From positions 186,001 through 250,000 of the forward strand of contig CDMY01000802.1 of the NCBI GenBank assembly GCA_001179505.1: a stretch of 64,000 nt of DNA, given 5' to 3'. Position 1 is the first letter of the stretch, and each line of letters starts with the position of its first letter. The DNA is from Vitrella brassicaformis CCMP3155. Taxonomy: Eukaryota > Protista > Chromerida. This document shows, in pieces, positions 25,630 through 37,476 of this stretch. The translations under genes and the position numbers were made by a program. The notes under the pieces were generated by a model that saw only the letters and a list, made by a program, of their open reading frames with translations, was not told the origin of the DNA and did no database searches.

Positions 25630-27300
25630 TCATGTGACCTCACTCATCACTGCCTCATAGTCTCTCTCAGTCATCTCAAGCGGACATGACGGGTTGGAAT
25701 TGTTCAGCACCGCTTCTCTCGCCACCCATTCCATGTCAAAGGGTTGGTTGAATGATGCAGTGTCGAAGCGCTCAGGGATGCCGCCTACCCGCTGCTGGAT
25801 GTCCCGGATGGACCACAGCAGCCACTCGGTGGCCGGCAGCTCGGTGCTCTTGTCAACGTGGTCACGCAGATGGCCATACCACGACTCATCTGAATGGAAG
25901 CAGACTCGTGTATGGGTGGGTGGGTGGGTGGGTGGACAGACATGGATATTTTGTGTTGGTTTCGTACCTTCTGTGTTGGTGTTTCTCCCGCTGTTGGCCT
26001 CCTTGACGGCCGTGAGAGCTGCAGAAGCGATCTCAAAGAGCCTCTCCTCTAGCCGTGTGCCGCGGCCGCCCTCACCCTCTCCCTCAACAGCCCGCCGAAG
26101 GCACGAACTGAAGTAGGGTACCAGCAGGGTGGCATTCGCCAGACCGTGCGGCACGTCGTATGCGCCGCCAATACTCTCCGACAGGCAGTGGACGCCGCCT
26201 ACGTCAGAGTTGCTGAACGCAAGACCGGCCATCGTGGACGCCTCAGCGAGAGCCTTGAATGGATAGAGAATGGCACCTTCCTCGAGCGGCTCAGAGGGAG
26301 GGGCGGACGTGGCAGCCACAGCTGCAGGAAGGTGGACCAGGATCAGCTGGATGGACCTGCACACATAAACAGAGACAATGACGAACGACCATTCGTGATT
26401 GATGTGGGTGAGTTACCTGATGGCCAATGCGTCTGACACTGGGTTGGCGGGAAGGCCGGTGAAAGCCTCCATGGCGTGTGTGAGCGCATCGAATGCTGCA
26501 CACAACACACACGGCAAACAGGGATGGAAAGAGGCTCAAGTAACTGATGAGCCACACACGACGGAGGGTTCACTCACCTGTCTGGGCAATCAGGTGGACT
26601 GGTAATGTGGTCAGCAGCTCGGCATCCACAATGGCCGCATAAGGATACATGCCATCACCCTTGATCGACACTGACGGACGGCACACATGACACGCACAGA
26701 CACACGCGTGTGTGCCGAAGTCCATCCATCCAGTGTGCAGGTGGTGCTGACCTTTTCGCCTCGTCTTGGGATGGCTGAGCACGCTCACCCACGTGCACTC
26801 GCTGCCTGTCCCGCATGTTGTGGGGATAGCCACAAAGTGCAGCGGCCGATGTACAAACTTGTTCCGCCCGACAAACCTTAGCAGCGCATCGTCCGCGCTC
26901 TCACTGCTCATATTAGTTGCAAGCATCGCCCCGGCCTTTCCAGCATCGATGGCTGATCCACCTCCCAGAGCCACCACAGCAGAAGCGCCCTCCGACACAG
27001 CCATCTCCCCGATCTTGCGTGCGGTGGAAAGCCTCGGATTCACCTCGATAGAGTCGAAAACAGACAGCTCCCGAGGTGCGCCTGCCGCTGTGCGTATGGC
27101 ATCCATGGCCGTGTGGCACCATCGCGACGAGCGCAGCCCCTGATCTGTCACGAGGAGAACTCTGCCAGTGGGAAGCTCGTTCAGCAGGCTCGTGAGCGCG
27201 CCGTGCAGGATCCCGGGACGGATGAGCAGTCGAGTAGGGCATCGAAACACCTGCATCCGGGATATACTCTGACGGACGGCTTGGACAGCAGCGACCCTGC
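25630..27300 (-). CDS. Iron-containing (group III) alcohol dehydrogenase; 4 or more exons; N-terminus uncertain (ATG 27256 or an upstream exon)
   Basis: VLLVTDQG, VALGGGSAIDAGK, AIPTTCGTGSE, GMDAFTHAMEA, MAGLAFSNSDVGGVHCLSESIGGAYDVPHGLANA. The Asp/His/His/His metal ligands are present. Confidence 0.92.
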
Positions 27301-27847
27301 AGGCATCAAACACAACACACCGACACACACGTGGATGAATAGACAGATGGGTGGCTGGGCGATGCGTGGGCCTGCACCTGCTATTGATTGATTGGCCTTG
27401 TGATAGACTGCACGCAGCAGATGAAGATCTCACAAGGCAGAGCCCCCAGAGCTAAGAGAGCTAACAGAGTTCACAAGGGAGAGCTCACAAGGCTTCTTCA
27501 CTTCTACGCGGAACCCTCTTTCGGGGTGACAGAGTCTGCAAGCTTTGTTCCGATCGCGGGGGGATTCGTGAGGGGATTGCTTCTATTGCTTTCGCGCTGT
27601 TTGTTCCGCCACATGCCCCGCACCCTACCCTCAACCACATCCACTTCTTCAATCTTCTTTTTCCCTTTCGCTCGCGGTTTGTCGCCCGCTTTGAATGGCA
27701 TGCAGGAACACACACCGAATTGCCCGAGATGCAAAGGCGTCCAAGGATCCTGAGACTCGGGTTGGTGTGGCCACACACGCGTGGAACATGCAGTTGTGAT
27801 TTTGACATACATGCGCCCTGACTGGTTCACGAGACGCGAAAGACCGC

Positions 27848-27962
27848 CGCAAGCCTCATAAACCCTTTCGATTCATCCAGGTATCCAGGTTTGTTAGTCT
27901 GTCAAACAAGAGACATCACGTAAGGTCAATGCGGGTACGCCCACTCGCTGAGCTGACATGTC
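27848..27962. repeat. Left arm of a ~115-120-bp imperfect inverted repeat (partner 30351-30470)
   Basis: Its reverse complement shares tgtcagctcagc, cgcattgaccttacgtgatgtctct, acagac, acctg.atgaatcga and ggttt.tgaggc, in the same order, with 30351-30470. Confidence 0.75.
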
Positions 27963-28074
27963 CATTCTATCATGACGAGACGACGCGTCCATTGCGATCA
28001 CTGCTGGACGCGCCTGCAATTGTTTCCTTTGCTGTAACGCAAACTTAAAGCCGCGTCGCAAAGAATGATGTTTT

Positions 28075-30157
28075 TTACTTTGCATCGAGTGCCAGAGAGG
28101 CTATCTCTCGCATCAGGTCGTCCTCGCCCCTCCGTGAGCAGCTCGCCTGCATCCAGCCGATCAGCTTCTCGTACTTCGGCGTCACATGCCCGCGTGCATC
28201 CCATGGTCTTTCCATGAGTCCTCCGCGCAGGTCGACGTCCCGTTGCTTCCCGCCCAGATCGAAGGTCTTCGCGATTAAGTATGGCGAGCGCAGGCCAGCG
28301 ATGAGGAGCTGGCGGCGCCCCTCGGCCTCTGCATACATTCATGACAGGGAAGAATGTACATTCCGTGTCGGGCGACGACAGCAAACGACTCGCATGACAT
28401 ACCTGTGCCGGCAGGAAGCCGATCGTCTGTCAGGCACTGGATGAGCTCGTTGCGTTTGAGCTCTCGAGAGTTCACGAGGCAAGATTTGGCGGGGTCCAGC
28501 AGTGCCGACAGCATCTCGAGAGCCTTCTGGTGGCCGGGGGTCTGCGCGAGGGTTACATGTACAATCCAGTAGAGCATACAGCCAAGTCTGGCTATGTCGG
28601 GCTGGAAGAGGGGCAGGCACGGCCCGAACTTTTCGGGCTTGGTGGTGATCATCCTCGAGATGTCGATCAATTGCAGATTGTGAGCTGATATCTCAGTGGA
28701 CACCATGGCCCCATCCTGCACAAAAAGAGAGAGCTGACTGCCGAGATGTATGTCACCTCGTTTACCTTGCCGGGGATCTGGAAGCCGAATGGCTCGTCGA
28801 TGGCCTCTTTTTGGAGCGGAAGGAGGATGTTGCCGCTGTGTGTTCCCATGGATGCGTCCATAGTACAAATGGTATGTGTGTGTCCCACTGGTGCGTTAAC
28901 TTACTCGTTCATGTCGCAGTGGTGCATGCCGTGTCCATGCATGTGATAGACGCCCTCGAGCAGAAGCAGCATCAGGAAGCGCCAAAACGGCATCTCGACT
29001 GACGAGAGGTCTCTGCCTTCGTCTCCGACAAGCGACACGCGCCCTTTGACCGACACTGTGGCGTTTGGGTCGATCCCAGCCTTTTTGTTGATGACAAAGT
29101 CTTGCATCATGTCCAGCACCTCGCCCACTGGCACACCGGCCATCTCGTCGATGATCAGGTACTCCTTAGCGCCCTTTGCACTCTTCGGCTCGTAGAAGTG
29201 AGGGATTCGGGGGATGGCATCGAGGATGCGCTCTGCTTGAGCCGTCTGCCACAGGTCCTTGTAAGCCGTCTTTTCCTTAGCCAGCTCCAACTCCTGGACT
29301 CCGCTTTGGTATTCATGCTTGGACAGCTTCACGACCACAGGCAGCAGCTTGACTTTCTCGTCTGCATCAGAGTGAGACATACAGTCATTGAATTTTGTGT
29401 CTCATCCATTTGTCGGCACATCCGTTGCTCTCTTCACTGTCCCACTCACCGGGAGAGGTCTTGAGCTTGTCTTCGGGGAAGCCAAAGGGCTTGTCGATGT
29501 GTGCTGCATACAATTGAGACACGCAGTCACAGCTGAGTCACTCGCTTTAGAAAGACAACCCCACCTTCATCGATGTCGGCAAAGACAACAACCCCGTGCG
29601 CTCCGGCGGAAGATCTGAGATACCCACACGCAGTGCCGTACAGCGTCTCAACACGGGAGCAAGACATGTATAGTGCCAATGGCATCAAATCCCACCTAAT
29701 CTGGTACTTCTCCCCAGTGGAGGCGGCAAACTGGCCATGGCTGTCAAGCTTCTTCAGTGCGTCCCTCTGCTTCTTCTTCTTCCAGAACGTGTAGACGTCG
29801 GGCACCTGAACACAAATACACGAACGGGTCTTCCGTGAACTCGCCCTTTCATCGATGGAGCGCAAGAAGAAAAGTGCTCACTTCCGTCTGAGGATTGCCA
29901 TCTGCATCGACCGTCAGCACGTGGCAATAGACGAATTTAAGTTCACACACTTTCCTTGTACTCATTGGCTTCATGAAACGCTTCAGGCCCGCCCTTCCCG
30001 TTGCAAGAGACCGAAGAGAAAACGCATGAGCCACTTGCGGGATGAGCACCTCGGCTGGTGAGAGCCCCAGCACCAGAACCACTGCCACAATGCGGCAAGA
30101 GGTCCACACCGGACAGGATGTGCGGATGAGACTGGGGGCGTAACGATCTGCATGCAT
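28075..30157 (-). CDS. Atypical protein kinase-like gene with a predicted signal peptide and N-terminal extension
   Basis: N-terminus MHADRY..RIVAVVLVLGLSPAEVLIPQVAHA-FS. Gly-loop-like SSAGAHGVV; VVVKL (Lys); EYLIIDEMAG hinge; spliced catalytic loop HCDMND|GNILL; LQLIDIS at the DFG position; PDIARLGCMLY. Confidence 0.62.
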
Positions 30158-30350
30158 GCAGCCCCCACTGGAGACTCTCCATGGAACAAAAATAGCGGTT
30201 CCGGAGGATTTCCACCAGCTGATCGACTGGATGGCGGCAAGCTGCATGCTTGCTGGAGGGCCAGGAGAATCTCATGCGAGAGGTGGCCACTCTTCGCTCG
30301 AGCTGTGATCGTGATGGGATGAGCTGATCTGTCTGATATCGATGCGAATC

Positions 30351-30470
30351 GACATCTGTGTCAGCTCAGCCGCATTGACCTTACGTGATGTCTCTCGCTT
30401 AACAGACCGACACACGGTGCACCTGAATGAATCGATTGACCAGGTTTGTGAGGCGACTTGCTGGGATGCA
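30351..30470. repeat. Right arm of the imperfect inverted repeat
   Basis: Complementary to 27848-27962, with one ~12-nt indel. Confidence 0.75.
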
Positions 30471-30982
30471 CTAACTGGGTGGATGATGCTATCCGCCCAT
30501 CCATGGGGGGGGGGGGCGATGTACATGTGTGTGTGGACGCATCTTTGTCCTGTGACTTCGGCCTTGAAGTTGGAGTCGATCATTTTCGGTCCCATCCTCT
30601 CAGCACAAACAGCCAAACAGACAGACAGACAGACAGCCAAACAGACATTCACACTCATGAACCGAGGCAGTGAGTGGCCGTGATTGTGTCTCTATTGTGC
30701 GTAGCACTAGAACAGAGACACAAACACCACAGCCGCCTCCCATCAACCCATCCATCCATCCATCCATCCATCAACTGCCGCACGAGTAGTCATGCAGCCA
30801 GCCAGCCAGCCACTGCGTTGCATCCGTACGTCTCGTTATCCCTCTTGTACTGTACAGGGCCGCCCACCCAGCTAACGAGAAACTCTGTGTGTATGGAATT
30901 TTGAGAGAGAGAGAGAGAGTGTGTGTGTGTGTGTGTGGAGCCTAGCCTATCTTTGCTCTCTTTCTCTTGGCCCCCCCTCCTT

Positions 30983-33900
30983 TTATTCTTCTTGCTCGTG
31001 TTTGATGCGGCGCACCTCAAAGGCATCGCTGTCATCGCCGTCAGGGGGCGACACAATGAAGCGACCCTTGGATGCATCACTCAACACACGCAGCAGGTTG
31101 TAACGGGGAGGCGGACGAACAGTCAGAGCCACACAGTCGAGACATGAATTGGCGGTAAAGGCCTCGGCGACACACTCGGCAAAAGAGCGGTGCATCTCCT
31201 TGGCCCTGCTCTCACTCAGACCTGACGCCCGACCTCCCCCACTTGTCATGCTGATCTCCACCTCGATGCGGCTAACTCGGCCACTCTGCATGAGGCCTCT
31301 CTCCCTCTCTATGCCTGCCCCAGCCCCCGCCCCCTCCCCACCCTCCCCACCATAGAGCGACCAGCTGATGTAATGGCTGGTCGAGTTGGCCTTCTGCAGG
31401 TTGCCTATCGTCACATGAAAGGCTACCGTGAGCGGCCTGCCGTCCGTGGCCAAAACTCCGACACACGTAGGGATGAGACAGAGCTTGGTGTGCGGGATGG
31501 CGGCCACCGTCCTACTGAAGGTGACGCGCTCGAGAGAAGGCAGCTTTGGCAGGATGCTACCCACCCCCCCGTCATAGAACCCCGCCCCCTGCTCCTGGAC
31601 CACGACTGCCTCGACGGCCGGGAAGGCGACGGCAGGGGTGGCGACCACGTAGGGGGGGAGTGGATGCGTGAAGGTGTCGGGTGCCCGCTGGATGGTCAGC
31701 TCCTTTAGGTTGCCGCACACGAAGGCGCCCACTCCGGCATGGCTCTCCTCCGCTGCGCTTGCGTGTGTGGTGAGGATGACGGTCTTCGCCTGTGCGGCGA
31801 GGACCTCCAGTGTGGGGAGGCACGGAGCCAGGTCGGCCGCAGCGCCCGAGAGGGGGAGGCGCAGCTCGACGGGCGCTGGGGGCAGGAGCATCTGCCAGCG
31901 GCGAGTGGGAAACCTTCGCCGCTGGTCGCCCACGTACGTCTCGGTGGCGTTGGGGGCCAGGCACGTTGTGCGAAACTGGTGCAGACCCTGACGCCACATA
32001 CACACAGAGACACACCAATGCGATACACACGTGTTGTTTTTATGTGTTGTGATGTTGTCTTCGTTTTGTGTTTTGATGTGTACCCGAACGATATCGACTT
32101 CTGCGACTACAGGGCGGTCGTCGACGACGAGGCCGGCAGCTGGGCGGGGGAGTGTCATCTGTACGTTGCGCAAAGCCACAACGTGGTCTCTGAAGCGATC
32201 CTCACCGCCGTAGTCGACGCCCGAAACATTCGTGAGAGTCGAGGCTGATACACATACACACACACACACACACACGTACGCACGCAGGACGGATGCCTTC
32301 GATTACAGCCTATAAGGCCTTCGTGTGCATGTTCAAGGGGGCTGACCTGAGATGGTGCCCTTGACGAGGTCGCCGACATCGTTGAGGTACCTCTTGGTGG
32401 CATGCCGCTCGACGACGACCGACCTGAGGCCGGCTGATGCCCGCTCCACCCAAACGCGAGGGGCCGCCGAAGCTGCGAAACTGTAGTGCACGAGCTCAAC
32501 CACACCCAATTCCGTCAGCGCCGGCAACTGGTAATCACGGTCCTGAAGGCACACACACATACAGACACACATGCAGAGAGAGAGAGAGAGAGTGCGTTTG
32601 TGTAAGAGACGAAGGGAAGTGTGTGTGGCAGTTCTCGTTACCTGAGCGATTTGGCCCCACGATCCGAGCACGAAGGCCTTGCGCAGGTGGGGGAAGACCA
32701 GCGGCTCACCCCGCGGCTGCATCTTGATGGGCTCACGGTACAAGCCGCCTCCGAACTCATCATCCCAGTCCCTCCTAAGGCAGCCATCTGGACGAACGAA
32801 TGCACACGGGCAACAGACAAGAGAGATGACATTTGTGACCTCCTGGGCACGCACTCGCTCTGTATCACCTTGGCCTTTAGGGGCCGCTCCGTGCAGGCGG
32901 ACCTCCCTGAGGGTCGCTGCCATGGCCTCGAGCAGACGCACCAGGGAGGGGGTCACCTTGAGGTTGTTGATGTGCAGATACATGCACGACGATAGCAGCT
33001 CTGAACAGCATGAAGGGAGAACCATCATATGATGATATGGATTCAGAAACCCTGCGTGTGTGTTCCTCTCTTCTTACCTGTCCATTTGGCGGCGGTGTCT
33101 GGTTTGGGGTTGCGGTTGAGCTCGACTGTTGGGTGCATGGCGGGCTGCTGGGTGGTGAGGGAGTGGAAGTGCGCGCTAACGGACGAGAGGGACTCGATGC
33201 AGAAGATGAATCCCAGGAAGCCGCCGATGCCGATGCGCTCGTCGTCGCTCATCCACAGGAACTCAGGCAGATTCAGCAGAAACGAATGCTCCTGACAGAG
33301 GGAAAGGGAAGGCAACATTGCCACAACAACGGTATCGTCTTGCCCTCCCTCTTTGCGCGTTGCATGTTCCACGTACCTCGTTCTCGTCTTGGTTGAGAGT
33401 GTTCATCTGGTTGTGGATCATGTCCAGCTTCTTGACGAGCTCTTCCGTCTGGCCCCTGGCAGTGATGGCCGTGCTGTGCAGCTGTGCCTCGGTGTCGCGA
33501 CACCCCATGGATATCAGACCACGACACTGTTGCTCAACGGCCTGACACAGACAGACAGACAGACTCACAACAAGAGGGGAAAATGGACGTGGGATTGGTT
33601 TGTGCTGTCACCTGTATGCGGAGATTCTCGCCGTATGAGTGTGCAGGCGGGAGGGCATCCATCGCGGCCAACACAGAATGGGCCTGAGAAGAGACCAGCG
33701 CACACAACAAAGCCAACGACACGTGAATGCCGCGGCTTCTCCACCCTCCTCCCTCCCCTTGACCTTTTTACCTTGGCCCTGGCCTGCTTGACATACACGA
33801 ACTGCTGTATGAGAGCATCAGCCACGCCGTCGAGCGCGGCCAGCATGTCGCCAGGACCCTTGGCCGCCACACCAGCCGCCGCATCCTGATGCATGCATCA

Positions 33901-34364
33901 AAACACACCACAACAACAAAATACATCCATCCATTCTGTGTGGACCGTCCTCTTTGTACACACGTGCGGCCCGCTACCTCCATATCATCATCGGCAGCCC
34001 CTCCCGCCCCCTCCCCCTCCGCCTCCTCCTTCATCCCATCCTCCATCTTCACCCCGTTGTGATCACCCCCCTCCCCCTCCTGATGGGCCTCCGGCTTGAC
34101 CGCGGCCTTGCCCTTGGCTGTGTTGGCGCGCCGCTGCTTCTTGCTGGCCGCGGCCGCCTTGCTGCGCCGCGTCATGACCTCCTCCTCCCAGTCCGACACC
34201 CCCTCCGATGGACTGCTGCTCTCAGCCATGACATCATGCATCTCATCATCATCATAATCATCACCAAGACACTCGCGCTTCGTGCGATGGCGTGCGGATG
34301 CAGCTGCTGCCGCCAAGGCAGCTTTGCGTTTGGGGGGTCGCTGACGGCCGCTCTCGCTATCCAT
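30983..34364 (-). CDS. Lineage-specific protein B (paralog of 9509-13039); F-box-like + LRR-like
   Basis: Same exon order as A: RPPKRKAALAAAAASA start, SDWEE acidic block, coiled-coil exon VEQQCRGLISMG, LLNLPEFLW, long last exon ending FEVRRIKHEQEE*. Confidence 0.7.
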
Positions 34365-34572
34365 CACGCTACCCGGCTACTGTGCGACAAAAGGCACGCG
34401 CGCTCCGAAAGTTCGGTCTGCGAGATTTACGTTTGGACAGGAGAACCATGAAGCCTTTTACTGTCGTGGACGGCACAGAAAAAGAGAACATCCATCGGCA
34501 ATGAAGTTCCCTTCCCTTATCAGTCATCCCTCCCCGTACCCCCACACAGCCACAGCATTCTCACAGTGCTCC

Positions 34573-36829
34573 CTATGTCTCCATGGGGTCTTCGGGGGCC
34601 GAGCTCAGGCCGCTGCCGATAGTCGAGTTGAGGTCTGGACCATTCATCATGTCCGCCTCTGATACAGACGGCTGCTGCTGTTGTTGCTGCTGGTGTTGGC
34701 GAGCCGCTGCCTCAGCATTGGCCCTGTCGATGGCTCTCTGCTCCTCCTGCAGGTCAACGACTATGGGAGCGTCGGCGTCGAGGCCCTCAATCTCCTCGAG
34801 AGACATCTTGAACTTGGAGCGGATCAGATCCCGCAGATAGTCGACCCTTCTCCTCAGCTTGGGGGGCGCTGACGCGTCAGTACACAGCTCACACAGACTC
34901 TGCACACACACATGCACAACACATCGACGACAATAACACATTCGGGCAGACGTGGCCTCTATACACTATAGGCGCTGTGCTGACCGATAGGCCAGAAGTG
35001 AGGAAGTTGCCTTGCAGGAGGCTGTCGGTGAACAAGTCGTCAGGGGCCTGCTTCAGCTGTGCGTACAACACACCTGCAAGCACAACACAGACGGTGTCCT
35101 TGACTCAGAGTGCTGCTGGCTGTGTGTGGCTGCATGGCGTACGGATGAAGTCGCAGTACAGGTCAGGGTGGGCCCTTATCGAGTCCTCACAATTGCACAA
35201 GAGCGTCACCTGAGGGAGTGAAAGACAGCCACCACACACACTCGGATGCCGATGAGCCATCAATGGATGGATGTGTGGCCGTCCGTTTCGCCATCTCACC
35301 AGGGCCTTCCACTGCTCGAAGCCGTCAAAGTTCTGCAACCAGCAAACACACAAAACAGCCGTCAGCGTAGCACACTTTTCGTGTCCATCCATCGACCCAT
35401 CAGCCTTGCCTGTCCCAGCAAGAAGGCGATGTAGGCGAACTGCAGCTCTCCAAGGATGCCACGATCGTCTGAAGGGCACCATACACCATGCATCCCTCAC
35501 TGCAGCTCTTCTATGGCCTGTGCTTTCGCTACCATTCCTGTAGTTAGCTGTGAGTAGCTTCTCCAGGCATGAGGACCGATCGAGAGACAGCCTCGTCACG
35601 TCAGAGGGGGACGAACCTGACGACATGCACAGCGCAAGCAGCACAGCAAATTAGTGAGTAATGAGGCTCATCCACCCTCTCCTTGCTGCGTCGAACTTTC
35701 TCCCATCCATCCATCCATCCACCCTCCCGCCCGCCCAGCCACCTGGTGGTATCCTCGTCTTGGGTATATCGGAGAAGAAGACAGTCCCGCTGCTCACCCG
35801 GCCACGGAACGAACCTGACCCATGCGCAACACACATAGATGACATACAGCACAGCAAGCTGAAGCACTCAGCACTTGGAAACTCACTGTCGAATGACTCC
35901 GTCGGGGCGTCCTCTGCTGCTGGCTGTGGTGGTTCTGAGGGCTCCTGTGCCACAGCTGGCGGGGCCGACTCTGCGGATGAGCTGACGCCTCTCCTCTTTG
36001 CGGGCGGGGGTGCTGGGAGGCTCACACTCTCCTGGCCGGTGGCTCGCTCCATCCTCCTCTTGTCCTCAGCGTCGTATTCCTTGCCGCGTGAGGCAATGCG
36101 GTGACCAACAGGCTGATCACACACACATAATACATGTCTAAGGGATGATGCGGATGGTGTTGGCTGACCTCGACTTTGTCGATGATGGTTTGTGTGATGT
36201 GGCTGGACAGCTCTGACCAGTCTGAGGCCAGCTCCAGCGGATAGGGGCCCAGATTCTGCTCAAAGTGCAGGTTGGACACGCCATCGCCGTAACGAGTCTC
36301 CTCCTGAACCATACACATACACACACACACATACACATACACACACGGCGAGCGAACGACGATATCCCACACATCGCGACGTGCGCCATTCCCTCTCGCT
36401 ATTTGTCCCTCCTGCATACATACATCTTCCGAGACGACGTCAAACACCTCCGCCTCTGCGTTCCACCGACGAACAACCACCTGCACAGCCACACGAGTGA
36501 GTGAATGAATGTCTGTCTGTCTGTCTGTCTGCCTCTCTGCCTGTTTGTCCAGATGGTCGTCATGTGACCTGCGCGGGTTTGAGGTAGAGGAAGTATCCCA
36601 GTCTGGTATCGCCCTCCTCGCCCGGCGGACTCCAGTAGATGTAGTGCGCCCCAGGCGGGATGAGCTTGATGCCCATGAACCTCGGACCGATCTTCCAGAA
36701 GTGGTAGTCGATGCCCACATCGATGTCCTTCGGCGCGTCCAGTAGCAGGATGGTGCAGCTGCTCGCCGCGGCCTCCGAGATCAGCTCCCCGGCCGGCGGC
36801 GCGATGGGCAAACTGCGAGAAGGCATCAT
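34573..36829 (-). CDS. AAR2: AAR2, U5 snRNP assembly factor
   Basis: ILLLDAPKDIDVGIDYHFWKIGPRFMGIKLIPPGAHYIYWS, VVVRRWN, LGPYPLE, ILGELQFAYIAFLLGQ|NFDGFEQWKALV|TLLCNCE, LYAQLKQAPDDLFTD, APIVVD match the known AAR2 motif series. Confidence 0.92.
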
Positions 36830-37302
36830 TTCCGGAGACCCGTCGTCATCCACTTCTTCGGATTCCTCTGATCAGACAAAGCCAAACGCTGATCGCGCAA
36901 GGCCTACCAGACCCTTCGGCACGGTTTTGGTCCCTTCTCGCGTCTGCGAGCTTAGCCATCTTTGCGAGCTCAATTAGGGTTTAGGGTTGAGAGAAGACGA
37001 TCGGCGGCATTTTGAAGAAGGCGTGAAGCGTGAGGCGCACGGAGCGAGCACACAAGCCGCGCCGGACAGCAGATCGCTCCGCACATTGGAAAGGAAGTTT
37101 TGTTGACCCGTTTGCCGCAGCACATGTCTTGGAGAGAGGCATGAGGGTGATCTCCCGTCAGATCTGGTCTTCCGTCTGACAAGTACTCACACCTGATCGC
37201 ACGAGAGGGACTCGGTTTCGCCCGCCAGCGCGTCACTCGGTCATCGCATCACTCAGCTGATTTGATTGTTATCGCAACATCGCCCGCCGTCTGTCTGTCG
37301 CG

Positions 37303-37436
37303 ATGGGGTGCTCCTGGTTCGAGGAGTGGAGCAAGGCCGTGACCAACTTCAAGCACAAGCTCACCGAGAGCATCGACTCGGCCTTCGAGAGGTACACGGG
37401 CTTCGTGTACGACCACCCCTGTTGGGTAAGCAAAGT

Positions 37437-37476
<40 letters not shown>

